A stretch of 31,268 bases of DNA from a virus. Lineage: Duplodnaviria > Caudoviricetes. The first letter of the stretch is position 1; the number at the start of each line of letters is the position of its first letter. Positions 16,316 to 25,045 of this stretch are shown one piece after another. The stretch spans positions 1 to 31,268 of the IMG/VR virus record IMGVR_UViG_3300037483_001105; one strand, given 5' to 3'. The notes below the pieces were generated by a model that was not told the DNA's origin, searched no databases, and saw only the letters and a program-made list of their open reading frames with translations. Made by a program: the position numbers and the translations under genes.

Positions 16316-16801
16316 TTAGAACACCGCGCCCAGCGGCGGGAGCTTCGAGGTGATCACGAACCCGTTGTTGACGATGAGCATGATCGACAGGTTCGCCTTG
16401 ACGATCAGGCCGTCAGCGCCCTGCTGGTTGGAGTTGTCCAGGTCCTTGATCCTGCATCCCAGCAGCTTGTCGAAATGGACCGGGCCAGGCGCAATCGCCG
16501 GCTGCCCCACGTCGATCCGGTACGACGCGAGGATGTCGAAGGACACCTCCCCGAAGCCCGGCCCGAGCGAGATGATCAGCGAGTCCATCTCTTCCTTGAG
16601 GAGCTCCATGGACCCTTCGAACTTCGCGATCCCGCGGGTGCGCCCGATCGGCAAGGACCCGGCGCCGTACACGTCGGTCGGCTCGAGGCTCGGCTTGTAG
16701 TTGAGCGCCTTGATCCCGAGCGCGATGAACCCGCGAATCCGGGTTTCGACCTCTGCCCAGCTCGCCCGCACGCCATTGAAGCTCGGATACAAGAAGGCCA
16801 T
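16316..16801 (-). CDS. Tail tube protein (161 aa)
   Basis: Start MAFLYPSFNG with GAGGTG SD; NG...SW, GI..+.Y and VYG.G..P.GRTRG...EGS motifs; follows the sheath. Confidence 0.85.
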   Translation of the reverse strand: MAFLYPSFNGVRASWAEVETRIRGFIALGIKALNYKPSLEPTDVYGAGSLPIGRTRGIAKFEGSMELLKEEMDSLIISLGPGFGEVSFDILASYRIDVGQPAIAPGPVHFDKLLGCRIKDLDNSNQQGADGLIVKANLSIMLIVNNGFVITSKLPPLGAVF

Positions 16802-16809
16802 CGAACACC

Positions 16810-18204
16810 TCAGGTAGGAGTCAAGCTCGGGTTGTAGAGGCCGACGTCCGCGGTGATGAAGCGAGCGTAGCCAAACGGTACAACCCTGATCGTCGTCTGC
16901 AGCGTCTGGGTGCTCAGGATGTTGTTGTTGCGCGCCACCTTGACCACGACATCCGATGCGTTGCCCGCCGAAACGAGCCCAGCCTTCAACTGCGATTCCA
17001 CGTCCGCCTCGATCGCGACCGCTTCCAGCTCGACGATGAACCCGGTGGTCGCGTCGACGCGGATCGAATCGTTGAGGTAGCGCAACAAGGCCAGCCGGGT
17101 GATCCGGCACGCCTTGTCGATCACGAAGCCGTTCTGGATCAGCTGATAGTCGGAGCCAGGCACGGCCATGGTACGGCCACCGGTGATGTACGCACCCGGC
17201 TTGCTGATGAAGGTTCGCAGCGTGGTGAACCGTTGGGAGTCGAGCCCCGGCGTCGCGCGCTCGTCGCGATAGAGCTTGCCGACGCCCGGGAGGGGGCCGC
17301 TCGCGAAGCGCCCGAGATCCTCATGCACCGGAGCCTTCGCGGCGCGCGCAGCGACAGGCCACGCCGCGGGGCGCTTGTAGGTGCGTCCGGACAGGCCCGA
17401 GGTGAGATCCTCGGTCCCCGCCGCCACGAAGACGCGCGTCGACGCGAAGGCCGCGAAGCCGGTGATCAGGTTCGCGTCGGTATCCTCGGGGCACTCGATC
17501 AGCGAGCGCACGTAGCGATAGTTCGCAGCCGCCGAGACCATCGCCACGTCCACCGCTGCTGCGATCCCCGCTGCCGCGGCCACCGTCGCCGGGAGACCGA
17601 CGACGTGCAGGAAGCGCCATTCCCGAGCGTCCGCGAGCAGCGCCGTCAAGGCCGTGGTCAGCGCGGTGGAGTCGTACATCGGCGCCGTGGTCGAGAAGCT
17701 GTACGTCTCCCCCGCGACGTAGGTGCCCGCCGGGAAGGTCAGCACCAGGTTGCTGTCGGGCACGGCGTAGGTGCCGCCGCTGGGAATCATGATCGGCGGC
17801 GAGGATCCTGAGACGCCGAGCGAATACTGGAAGGTGGCGACCCCGAGCGCGCCGCCCGCGAGGATCGTCACCACCGCCTGGTAGGAATCGTAGGCGGCGC
17901 CGGCCACGGTCATCGTGGGCCCTGTCCCGACGTGGGTCACCGCGCCGGCCGCGCCGGGGGTGACGATCGCCGCGGGCATGCAGTAGACCGGGCCACCGGA
18001 GATCGCCAGCTGGTGCGCCGCGGCCTCGACCAGGGGGCCAACTCCGAGGCTCGCCTTGAGGGTCGTCACATCGCCAGCGGAGTAGAGGATGTTCGGGGTC
18101 CCGAGGCTACTGATCCCGATCTTCGCCGAGATGCCATCGATCGTCTCGGGCACGATTCCGAGCGCATTGTCGGTTACCGTCAGCGTGATTTCGGGGAGGG
18201 CCAT
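16810..18204 (-). CDS. Tail sheath protein (DUF2586-like)
   Basis: MALP.I...V.D..LG N-terminus; LD..RFTTLR......G.YIT..R.....GSDY.......VIDKACR C-terminal sheath core. Confidence 0.88.
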   Translation of the reverse strand: MALPEITLTVTDNALGIVPETIDGISAKIGISSLGTPNILYSAGDVTTLKASLGVGPLVEAAAHQLAISGGPVYCMPAAIVTPGAAGAVTHVGTGPTMTVAGAAYDSYQAVVTILAGGALGVATFQYSLGVSGSSPPIMIPSGGTYAVPDSNLVLTFPAGTYVAGETYSFSTTAPMYDSTALTTALTALLADAREWRFLHVVGLPATVAAAAGIAAAVDVAMVSAAANYRYVRSLIECPEDTDANLITGFAAFASTRVFVAAGTEDLTSGLSGRTYKRPAAWPVAARAAKAPVHEDLGRFASGPLPGVGKLYRDERATPGLDSQRFTTLRTFISKPGAYITGGRTMAVPGSDYQLIQNGFVIDKACRITRLALLRYLNDSIRVDATTGFIVELEAVAIEADVESQLKAGLVSAGNASDVVVKVARNNNILSTQTLQTTIRVVPFGYARFITADVGLYNPSLTPT

Positions 18205-18224
18205 CGGCGGTTGCTCCTACTGGC

Positions 18225-18303
18225 AAAAAAGGCCCCGCACGCCGTCGGCCCGCCGGGATGCCGAGGGGACGGACGGCCCGGTGGGGCGTCGGAATGCGGG
18301 GCC
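18225..18303 (-). terminator. Long hairpin with a U6 tract upstream of the sheath gene (terminator/attenuator-like)
   Basis: GGCCCCGCA (18231-18239) pairs with TGCGGGGCC (18295-18303); internal CCGGG/CCCGG pairing; on the minus strand the stem is followed by TTTTTT. Confidence 0.6.
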
Positions 18304-18312
18304 AACGGGGTG

Positions 18313-18504
18313 CTAGGCGAGCGGGATATGTGCGGCCGCGTACAGCGCCGCCGCGAAGCCCTCTTCGGTCATCTCGAAGCCGACCGGCCAGCGGCACATG
18401 GCGCGCGCGGCCGCGTATTGCCAGGGCTCGGCGGCCTTCAGCAGAGCCCATTCCTCGACCGTCCGGCGCGGGGCCGGCTCGTGCTTGGAGTTCTCATCCA
18501 TCAC
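18313..18504 (-). CDS. Small tail-region protein (63 aa)
   Basis: T.EEW.......W..AAA.....W..G..MT...F..A pattern typical of the small gene preceding this type of sheath; GTGA overlap. Confidence 0.7.
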   Translation of the reverse strand: MMDENSKHEPAPRRTVEEWALLKAAEPWQYAAARAMCRWPVGFEMTEEGFAAALYAAAHIPLA

Positions 18505-19007
18505 GGCACCTGAAAGTTGATTGTCTCGCCCGACTCGCTTTCGGAGAGCGCTCCGGTGATGTGCGTCAGATTCGCAATCGCTTGCGGCCGGTCGGTCACG
18601 GTCATGGTGAAGCTCACCATCAATTCGAGCTGCACGCCCGAGGTCTGCAGCTCGCCCTCGTTGTGCCAGGTCGCCCCGGTCGGCTTGAACCGAAGCGAGC
18701 TCGCGGCAATCCCGGCGTGCATCACTCGATGCATCGCGGCGACCGCGTCGAGCTCCATCTGCCGCGCGGCGTCGATCGTGTCAGCCCAGAGGTGCAGGGA
18801 GTAGTTCGCGACCATGTCCCACAGCGGACGCGGCGTGCCTCCCGCCAAGCGCGCCGGGCTGAATTCATCGGTGGTCGGGAGCCAAACGATCCGCGGCGGC
18901 GCATCGTTCTCGGCGAGGTGCTTCTCGCCGATCAGCGTCGCCAGCGCTTGCGCGCGCCCGATGTTCATGTCCGCCATCACGGCGGCGATGACGTCGGAGA
19001 TCAGCAT
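18501..19007 (-). CDS. Tail terminator/completion protein
   Basis: Position between the neck and sheath genes; G..HL....APPRIVW.P..D.F motif. Confidence 0.7.
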   Translation of the reverse strand: MLISDVIAAVMADMNIGRAQALATLIGEKHLAENDAPPRIVWLPTTDEFSPARLAGGTPRPLWDMVANYSLHLWADTIDAARQMELDAVAAMHRVMHAGIAASSLRFKPTGATWHNEGELQTSGVQLELMVSFTMTVTDRPQAIANLTHITGALSESESGETINFQVP

Positions 19008-19019
19008 TGCGCGCGTCGC

Positions 19020-19148
19020 TCAGTGGCTGCGCCCGCCGCCCGCCCCACCCTTGGTCTTGATCCGGGTCTGGGTCTTCAGTCCCTTGTTGATCGTGACCGT
19101 CCTCCCTTTCCCCTTCTTCCCCGTCTTCTTCGCCGCTTTCTTCGCCAT
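19020..19148 (-). CDS. 42-aa Lys/Gly-rich basic peptide (MAKKAAKKTGKKGKGRTVTINKGLKTQTRIKTKGGAGGGRSH)
   Basis: Own translation, below the ORF track cutoff. AGGAGG SD 5 nt before ATG 19148; it fills the gap between two genes. Confidence 0.75.
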   Translation of the reverse strand: MAKKAAKKTGKKGKGRTVTINKGLKTQTRIKTKGGAGGGRSH

Positions 19149-19161
19149 GTCATCCTCCTGT

Positions 19162-19641
19162 TCACATCACCTTGTCCGCTGCCGCCCGAAACGCCCGTGC
19201 CCAATCCGCCGGCATCTGCCCGCTTTTCGGCACAAATGGCCGGCCCGGGACACGCCACCGGGTGCGCTGCTGCCACTTCGAAGGCATTCGGAGCCGCGCG
19301 CCACCTGCGCGCCGCAGGTAGGCGTGATAGGTCCGGCCGTAGATCTGCGAGCCACCATAGAGGCGCCCCGTCTTCGGGTTCGCCACGCGGTCGATGATCG
19401 CGAAGCCGCCGGGCCGCCCCTGCGTCTGAATCGCCGCTCGAAGCGCACCGCTGCGCACCAGCGACGGCACGACCCCACCGGCTCCCGGCCTCCACCTGGT
19501 GCCGCTCGGCGCCTGGCGGAACGCGAAGGCCTTCTGGGCCAGCGCCAGCGCGCGCGCGGTCATGGCCTTGAGCATTGCGGCTCGCGCGCGGCCCTCCGCT
19601 ACATCTTGCAGGCGCTTGATCGCGCCCGCGAGCACGTCCAT
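19162..19641 (-). CDS. Virion morphogenesis protein (Mu gpG / P2 gpS-like)
   Basis: F...QAP.G..W.P, L..SG.L...I and VP.RPF motifs; alternative TTG start at 19659. Confidence 0.8.
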   Translation of the reverse strand: MDVLAGAIKRLQDVAEGRARAAMLKAMTARALALAQKAFAFRQAPSGTRWRPGAGGVVPSLVRSGALRAAIQTQGRPGGFAIIDRVANPKTGRLYGGSQIYGRTYHAYLRRAGGARLRMPSKWQQRTRWRVPGRPFVPKSGQMPADWARAFRAAADKVM

Positions 19642-19660
19642 GCCGGTCGCGGCGGGCAAC

Positions 19661-20059
19661 TCACCACCCGCGCATCGGGTTGCTGAAGATGCGGGACCCG
19701 CCAAGGGTCACCGGCGAGGAATCCGTGACGGCCGGCATACAGTGCCCGTGGCTGATATCTCGGAGCCAGTCGAGCGCGTGATCCCTGCGCTGCATCAGGA
19801 CCATGTTGTGCCCGGCCTCGGGATTGAACCCGACTTGCGTCGACATGAGCTCGAAGGCGGCGATGGCGCACACGGCCTGAGTGAGGTCGACCCCCCAAGA
19901 CACCAGGGGCATCCGAAACCGCGACCCCAGGTAGCTGTCAGCCAGGGCAGAGGCTCCTGCGATTGCGGCCAGCTTGTCGGCCGGCAGCACGGTCGCAGGC
20001 AACGCGGCCTGCCGAATCCCGTGCTGGTCGAAGTCGTCTGCGGTCGCGTACGCGGCCAT
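19661..20059 (-). CDS. Head-tail adaptor (Mu gp36 / DUF1320-like)
   Basis: YAT..D, AS..ADSYLG.R...PL, C.IA...L and AL.WL.DI..G motifs. Confidence 0.88.
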   Translation of the reverse strand: MAAYATADDFDQHGIRQAALPATVLPADKLAAIAGASALADSYLGSRFRMPLVSWGVDLTQAVCAIAAFELMSTQVGFNPEAGHNMVLMQRRDHALDWLRDISHGHCMPAVTDSSPVTLGGSRIFSNPMRGW

Positions 20060-20733
20060 CAGTGGCGCCCGACGTCCGAGCGGGTGATCCTCGAGCGCGT
20101 CCTGCCTTCCTCTTCCTTCTGGCGCTTCACCCGCTCGTAGGCCGCTTCATCGGCCGCCTGCACCGACTGCCGAGCATTGAGGTCGGCCAGGTACTCGGCC
20201 CCGCTGACTGCCTTCTCGGGCTTCATATCCTTGGACCTCGACAGGACGACGATCCGAGCATCGGGGGTGCGCTTCCTGCGCTGTTGCGGCGGCAGCTCTT
20301 GCTCGCGCTCCCAGCCTGGCTCCCCGTCAAGCTCCGCGAGTTGCGCGTCGGTGAGGTCGTAGAAGATCGGCACGCCCGCGGGCCAGTAGCATCCCGCGCG
20401 GTAGTGCGATTCGGTCGACATCGCGGTGACCGTGGTCACGCGCAGCGGGGTCGCCGCTTTCGCATCCGGCGGTGCCGGCTCGACGACCGCGAATCGCTCC
20501 GCGTTCGTTTGGGCGAAGGCGCGGATCTCCTCGAGCTGGTCCGGGGTCACCTCGGCGACCGAGATCGCCCCCCGGCCCTCGAACGCGAACCCGGCGATGT
20601 GATGCCCGATGTGGGCCATCGAGCGCACCGCGACCTTGCTGGTGGTCTTCCCCGGCTGGGACTGCTGACGAGGCTCCATGGCCCGCTTCCTTTCGTCGTC
20701 GATCGGCATTGGCGTCGTCCCCTGGGCGGCCAT
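20059..20733 (-). CDS. Mu gp35 / HI1506-like protein with two repeats of the domain
   Basis: TGATG overlap with the capsid gene; two segments matching V.V.......xxAG..(F/W)...(V/L)T..QL.EL. Confidence 0.65.
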   Translation of the reverse strand: MAAQGTTPMPIDDERKRAMEPRQQSQPGKTTSKVAVRSMAHIGHHIAGFAFEGRGAISVAEVTPDQLEEIRAFAQTNAERFAVVEPAPPDAKAATPLRVTTVTAMSTESHYRAGCYWPAGVPIFYDLTDAQLAELDGEPGWEREQELPPQQRRKRTPDARIVVLSRSKDMKPEKAVSGAEYLADLNARQSVQAADEAAYERVKRQKEEEGRTRSRITRSDVGRH

Positions 20734-21734
20734 CAGGTCGCCATCACCTTCGCGGCGAGGAACCACTGCGCGTACCCGGCGTTGCCGCGGGCGCGGGTGC
20801 CCCAGAGGTACTCGTCGTGCGTGAAGACGTGGTAGTCGTCCGGGCTCGTGAGCACGGTGAATTCAGGCGCATCGCGGATCTGCCAGATGAGCGGCTTCGT
20901 CGCCCGCGTCGTACAGAGCAGGTAGTAGCTCGTCGGGTCGCCCGAGAGGTAGGGCAGCACGATCGGCTGCAGCATGCCCCGCATGTAGTTCGTCTGCTGA
21001 GCCGCGCCGTGCGCGCCGCCGGCGAGCGCGATGTCGCTGCCGATGAACTCCGAGTTGAAGATCTGCCGCGAGGGGATAGCCAGCTGCGGCGGGACGACCA
21101 CCGAGTCCGGGATCAGGTTCATCGGGACACCATCGGGGCCGACCCACGCCGTCATCGCCGCATACGCCGCCGCGAGGCTGGGCAGGCTCAGCGGCAGCGC
21201 GCCTGGCTGGTTCCCCGAGGCGGCCCCGGTGAACAGGTTCGGCTGCGTCGTGTAGGCGGTGCCGGGCACCGCCTGGGCGGTGTTGTCGGGGTTCACAGGG
21301 TGCGCGGCGTCGAAGAAGTTCTGGCCGTCGAATCCAGGCGCCGCGTTGCCGGCCTGCAGCGCCGTCGCGATCAGGACATCCGGCCACACCTTCGCGGCGC
21401 GCGCCACCTCGGGCACCAGCGCGTCGTACGCCCCCAGCTTGTTGTCGTCGATCTCGGTGCGCTTGATCCCGACCGTGAGCTCGAAGATGTCGTTCTCGAT
21501 CCGCTGGAGCCGGACCGCGGGATTCGTCACGACCCGCTCGCCGCGCCATGCGCGCATTTGCGGCAGGCGGTCCAGCCAGATGTAGTCCTCTTCCCGGGTG
21601 CCCGATGTCTTCTCGGTGGCGATGGCCGGCCAATAGACCGGCGTATCGGCAAGGTTCTGCCGGAACATCGTGTTCCACTGGAGGGTTGCCGCCGCCCATC
21701 TCTGAAGCGTCCCGCTGGGGCTCAACACTGGCAT
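20733..21734 (-). CDS. Major capsid protein (Mu gpT-like)
   Basis: E.Y.WL...P.MR.W.GER, FELTV.I.R..I.D..LG.Y, FDGQ.FFD..HP and PLIWQ.R...F......VF.....WG...R...GY..W motifs. Confidence 0.95.
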   Translation of the reverse strand: MPVLSPSGTLQRWAAATLQWNTMFRQNLADTPVYWPAIATEKTSGTREEDYIWLDRLPQMRAWRGERVVTNPAVRLQRIENDIFELTVGIKRTEIDDNKLGAYDALVPEVARAAKVWPDVLIATALQAGNAAPGFDGQNFFDAAHPVNPDNTAQAVPGTAYTTQPNLFTGAASGNQPGALPLSLPSLAAAYAAMTAWVGPDGVPMNLIPDSVVVPPQLAIPSRQIFNSEFIGSDIALAGGAHGAAQQTNYMRGMLQPIVLPYLSGDPTSYYLLCTTRATKPLIWQIRDAPEFTVLTSPDDYHVFTHDEYLWGTRARGNAGYAQWFLAAKVMAT

Positions 21735-21803
21735 GGCTTCTCCGTTACCCTCCGCGGGAGGGCTTCAGGTTTGCTGCGTTTTTTCTCTTGCTGCGGAAGT
21801 GGC

Positions 21804-22232
21804 TTAGTGCACGGCGGCGACGTACACCCAGACGCCGTCGCTATCGACCCCGGCGCAGATGCCGGCCGCCTTGCGCGCGCCTGTGTCGCTCGTCAGCGCA
21901 ACCGTCTGATCGTCGACGGCGTACACCGTGGCGAAGATGTTCGCCTGGGCGATTAGATCGCCACTGGCGGAATTGCCGAACTTGAAGACGCCTTGCTTGA
22001 CGCGCACCTGGAGCGCGGCGACCGCGTGCCCCGTCCCGGTGTTGTCGTACTCGTCTTCGGCGCGGCCAACGACCGTCGTCGTTCCGCTCGCTCCGGCTGG
22101 AATGGCATGCCCGGCCGCGTTGACCGCGACCATGGACATGGAGAAGATGTGGACATTGTCGGCGATTGGGATCGAAAGCACCCTCTCGTCGGCCCACGCC
22201 AGCGTGTTTCGGTTCTTCGTCAGAGCGGTCAT
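21804..22232 (-). CDS. Head decoration/cement protein
   Basis: MTALT..R.T, GRA....DNT, GVF.F.NS..GD.I, VDDQTVA.T and VD.DGVWV motifs of the gene found between protease and capsid in Mu-like phages. Confidence 0.82.
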   Translation of the reverse strand: MTALTKNRNTLAWADERVLSIPIADNVHIFSMSMVAVNAAGHAIPAGASGTTTVVGRAEDEYDNTGTGHAVAALQVRVKQGVFKFGNSASGDLIAQANIFATVYAVDDQTVALTSDTGARKAAGICAGVDSDGVWVYVAAVH

Positions 22233-22236
22233 CGCT

Positions 22237-22824
22237 TTAGCTCCTCGCGGCCGCGGCCTTGCGGCGCTTGTATTCCTCGTCGAACAGCTTGCCGGTCGGG
22301 TCGCTCTTCATGAGCGCGACCATTGTCGTATCGAGGCCGCGCGCCTCGGCCGCCTGGCGCTCGAGATCGGTGAGTTGCGCCACCGCCGAAGCCCCGGGCG
22401 CGTCCTCCGTCTTGCCTGGCAAGGTCTCAACCGTGACGACGGCCTTGGGCAGGCACTCGAGGAACGCGCGCAGCGAGACGGGGTCCTTGGCGAAGGCCGG
22501 CGCCTCCGGCTTCTCGAGCTCGGCCCGCTTCGCCGGCGCGAGGCGCCCGTCCTTGGTCGCCTCCTCGAAGAGGGCCTTGATGTCGGCGGCCTTTCTCTCG
22601 GTGGCGATCGTGGCGAGCTGCGCGTCACGCTTCGCGAGCTCGACAGCGAGCTCGTCCGCCTTCGCGGCCCTCTCCTTGAGCCCCGCGACCACCGCCAGCG
22701 CTTCGGCCGTCGTGGGCTTCCCCGTCGCGGCGAGGAACTCCGAGGTCACGCCCTTGCCGGCCTCCACCTGGGCCGTCAGTGCCGCGAGCTTGTCGTTGAT
22801 CGCCTTCAAATCCTCGGCTCCCAT
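22237..22824 (-). CDS. Probable nested scaffolding protein from an internal in-frame start (195 aa)
   Basis: AAAGGAGAAGGAC-ATG at 22824 (MGAEDLKAIN...), at the start of the coiled-coil region. Confidence 0.6.
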   Translation of the reverse strand: MGAEDLKAINDKLAALTAQVEAGKGVTSEFLAATGKPTTAEALAVVAGLKERAAKADELAVELAKRDAQLATIATERKAADIKALFEEATKDGRLAPAKRAELEKPEAPAFAKDPVSLRAFLECLPKAVVTVETLPGKTEDAPGASAVAQLTDLERQAAEARGLDTTMVALMKSDPTGKLFDEEYKRRKAAAARS

Positions 22825-23580
22825 GTCCTTCTCCTTTGCGTGCGCGAGCTGCGCGACCGCCTGCTCTGTTGCCCGTTCTGTCGCGCGCGGCAGCCCCAAC
22901 AGATCCATCGCCGCCACGGGTGGGTGCTGGAACTGCGCGACCGCCTGAGCGAATGTCGAGGCCGCGGACATCCCGGGCTCGCCTTCTTCGCCTTCCTCGT
23001 CGTCGTCTTCTTTGGCCGGCCCTTCCTTCACCCTGTCGGCGAAGCCCTTGGCCACGGCGTCATGCGCGTTGAGCCAGGTCTCGTCCTTCATGATCTGCTC
23101 GACGTCGGACTTGGCGAGCCCCGTACGCTTGGCGTAGGTGTCGACCATCACGCCGCCGATCGCCTCCAAGCGCTCGGCCATCTTTCGCATGTCGGTCGCT
23201 TGCCCGATCGCCACGCCTCGAGGGGCGTGGACCATCATCATTCCCACCGGGCTGATCTCGATTTGGTCGCCGGCCATGGCGATCAGCGACGCGGCTGACG
23301 CGCACAGGCCGTCCACGTGAATGCGCTTCTCGCCAGTGGGCCACGCGGCAATCGCCGAGTGGATCGCCATGCCCTCGAAGACCTCGCCGCCGGGGGAGTT
23401 CATGTGCACGTCGAGGTGCTGGGCGCCTTCATCCTTCAGCGCCTCGAGCTTCGCGACGACATCCTTCGCCCGGATGCCGTCCCAGCCACCGACCGCGTCG
23501 TAGATGTGCAGCACACCGCGCCGCTGGCCGTCCTTCAGCTCGACACGAGCGGAGAAGCGGCGCTGCTTGCTACGCGTCAT
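22237..23580 (-). CDS. Head maturation protease (ClpP/S14) fused to a scaffold domain (447 aa)
   Basis: Start MTRSKQ with GAGGGCGAG upstream; NSPGGEVFEG, GLCASAAS (catalytic Ser), MMVH and ETWL.A..AV..GFAD motifs; helical C-terminal half with A.KDGRL.PA. Confidence 0.92.
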   Translation of the reverse strand: MTRSKQRRFSARVELKDGQRRGVLHIYDAVGGWDGIRAKDVVAKLEALKDEGAQHLDVHMNSPGGEVFEGMAIHSAIAAWPTGEKRIHVDGLCASAASLIAMAGDQIEISPVGMMMVHAPRGVAIGQATDMRKMAERLEAIGGVMVDTYAKRTGLAKSDVEQIMKDETWLNAHDAVAKGFADRVKEGPAKEDDDEEGEEGEPGMSAASTFAQAVAQFQHPPVAAMDLLGLPRATERATEQAVAQLAHAKEKDMGAEDLKAINDKLAALTAQVEAGKGVTSEFLAATGKPTTAEALAVVAGLKERAAKADELAVELAKRDAQLATIATERKAADIKALFEEATKDGRLAPAKRAELEKPEAPAFAKDPVSLRAFLECLPKAVVTVETLPGKTEDAPGASAVAQLTDLERQAAEARGLDTTMVALMKSDPTGKLFDEEYKRRKAAAARS

Positions 23581-25045
23581 TCTCGCCCTCGCTCTCTGCC
23601 GGTCGAGGCTTCGGCGCCGGCGGTCTGCCTTGTGGCGGCGGCTCCTCATTCGCGGCCCCTGCCGCCACGGGTGGCGCTCCCGGCGCCATGGGCTCTGGCT
23701 CGATGAGCGGATCGCCGTCGACGAGCGGGATGCGGAACGCCTTGGCGAACTGCTCTCGGTCGACGTTCAGCCCGCCGCTGCGCAGCGTCTTCAGCGCATT
23801 CCCCGCGTCGAGGAAGGTCTTCGCCGTTGCCGCGCGATCTTCCGGCGGCCTCGTCGACCAGGTCGCGCTCGGGGCGAGGAGCGCGTCGCCGTAGTTGTAG
23901 ACCGCCCACGGCGTGACCACCTGATTGGTGAAGCACGCGCCGATGCTCGTCGCATCGCCCTCGGTGCGCTCACTTCTGATGCGGTCATGCACGTCCCCGA
24001 GCGCGTACGAGCCGCCCGCCTTCGCGGAGGTCGTGAGGTTCTGCCCGAGCACCCGGACCGCCAGGTTCTCGTCGACCTTCTCGAGGAACTTCTGGAAGCC
24101 CTGCCAACTCTGACTTGCGGCCTCGATGAGCCGGACGTCGAACCCGTGCCCGGTCTGGTCCTGCTCGGCGCGTACCACCGCCTCGCCGCCGAGGAACAGG
24201 AGGTCGTTGATGAAGGACCGCTTGACCGGGTCCTCAACGCCTTCGGCGGGCACGATCCCGAGCCTGATCGGCATGCCGTGGATTTCGCACCACCGGGCCC
24301 AGTCGCGCGCCGTCCAGCGCCGCGTCAGGTATTGCAGCGCGAAGGGACGTGCGAGCCCGAACATCCAACTCCGGGCGTAGCCGTGAGGCGCGTAGACCAC
24401 CCAGTGGCCATCGCCCGGGTGCACCTCCACGTTGCCGTCCATCGTGATGAGCCAGAAGCTTCTGGTGTCCCAGCGCCAGTAGCAATACCGAAGATCCCAG
24501 GTCTTCAGGCTCGGCGACCACTGACCCTCGGAGGTATCCCAGATCAACTCGGAGATGCCGAACCCGAGATTGAGCCCCCACTCGTGGAGCTTCTTCGTCT
24601 CGGCGGCTGGGAACCAGGTCGACCACGCGCCCTCGACCTCTTCCGCTACCCTCTGCGCCTTCTTCTTCTTGCCCGTGCGCTTCGAGGCGGTGACCTCGAC
24701 CGGCAGGGAGGCCAGCGCTTCGATCCGCGTCTCGAGCAGCGCGCCGATGCGGTCGTCGCCGCGGAATTCGTCGCACAGCCGCGCGGCCGGCTCGAAATGC
24801 CCGGCCGACATCGAATAGAGCGCGCTCTTCACCGCCGCGACGTCATCGAATCCGTCGACCCCGCCGATGATCGGCAGGTCGCGGTAATGCACGCGCTCGG
24901 GCGCGGCACCGAGCTTCGGCTTGTCCCACAGGTAATCGTGCTCGAAGGGCTCGAACGGCTCGAGCCGCGGAGTCAGGGCCAGCGCGCTCGAGATCGGCGG
25001 GGCTGCGAACAGCCCGCGAATTCTGCCAAGGAGGCTCGGTTGCAC
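23570..25045 (-). CDS. Portal protein (DUF935 / Mu gp29-like)
   Basis: D..IG.LL.TR, G.G.SELIW, W..WCE.HGMP.RLG, VLGQ.LT......GSYALG.VH..IR motifs. Confidence 0.92.
   Translation of the reverse strand: MQPSLLGRIRGLFAAPPISSALALTPRLEPFEPFEHDYLWDKPKLGAAPERVHYRDLPIIGGVDGFDDVAAVKSALYSMSAGHFEPAARLCDEFRGDDRIGALLETRIEALASLPVEVTASKRTGKKKKAQRVAEEVEGAWSTWFPAAETKKLHEWGLNLGFGISELIWDTSEGQWSPSLKTWDLRYCYWRWDTRSFWLITMDGNVEVHPGDGHWVVYAPHGYARSWMFGLARPFALQYLTRRWTARDWARWCEIHGMPIRLGIVPAEGVEDPVKRSFINDLLFLGGEAVVRAEQDQTGHGFDVRLIEAASQSWQGFQKFLEKVDENLAVRVLGQNLTTSAKAGGSYALGDVHDRIRSERTEGDATSIGACFTNQVVTPWAVYNYGDALLAPSATWSTRPPEDRAATAKTFLDAGNALKTLRSGGLNVDREQFAKAFRIPLVDGDPLIEPEPMAPGAPPVAAGAANEEPPPQGRPPAPKPRPAESEGENDA

Noticed and set aside
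10299-18204. Tailocin, eCIS or T6SS interpretation of the contractile tail genes
   Set aside because: A complete head and packaging module is co-transcribed, so this is a phage.
21748-21762. Small hairpin CCCTCC-GCG-GGAGGG upstream of the capsid RBS as a terminator
   Set aside because: It has only a 6-bp stem and no U-tract on the coding strand; at most an mRNA stability element.
19661-25045. Transposable Mu-type lifestyle
   Set aside because: Only the structural genes are Mu-like. No transposase, Mor/C activator or Mu ends are visible in the window, so it cannot be supported.
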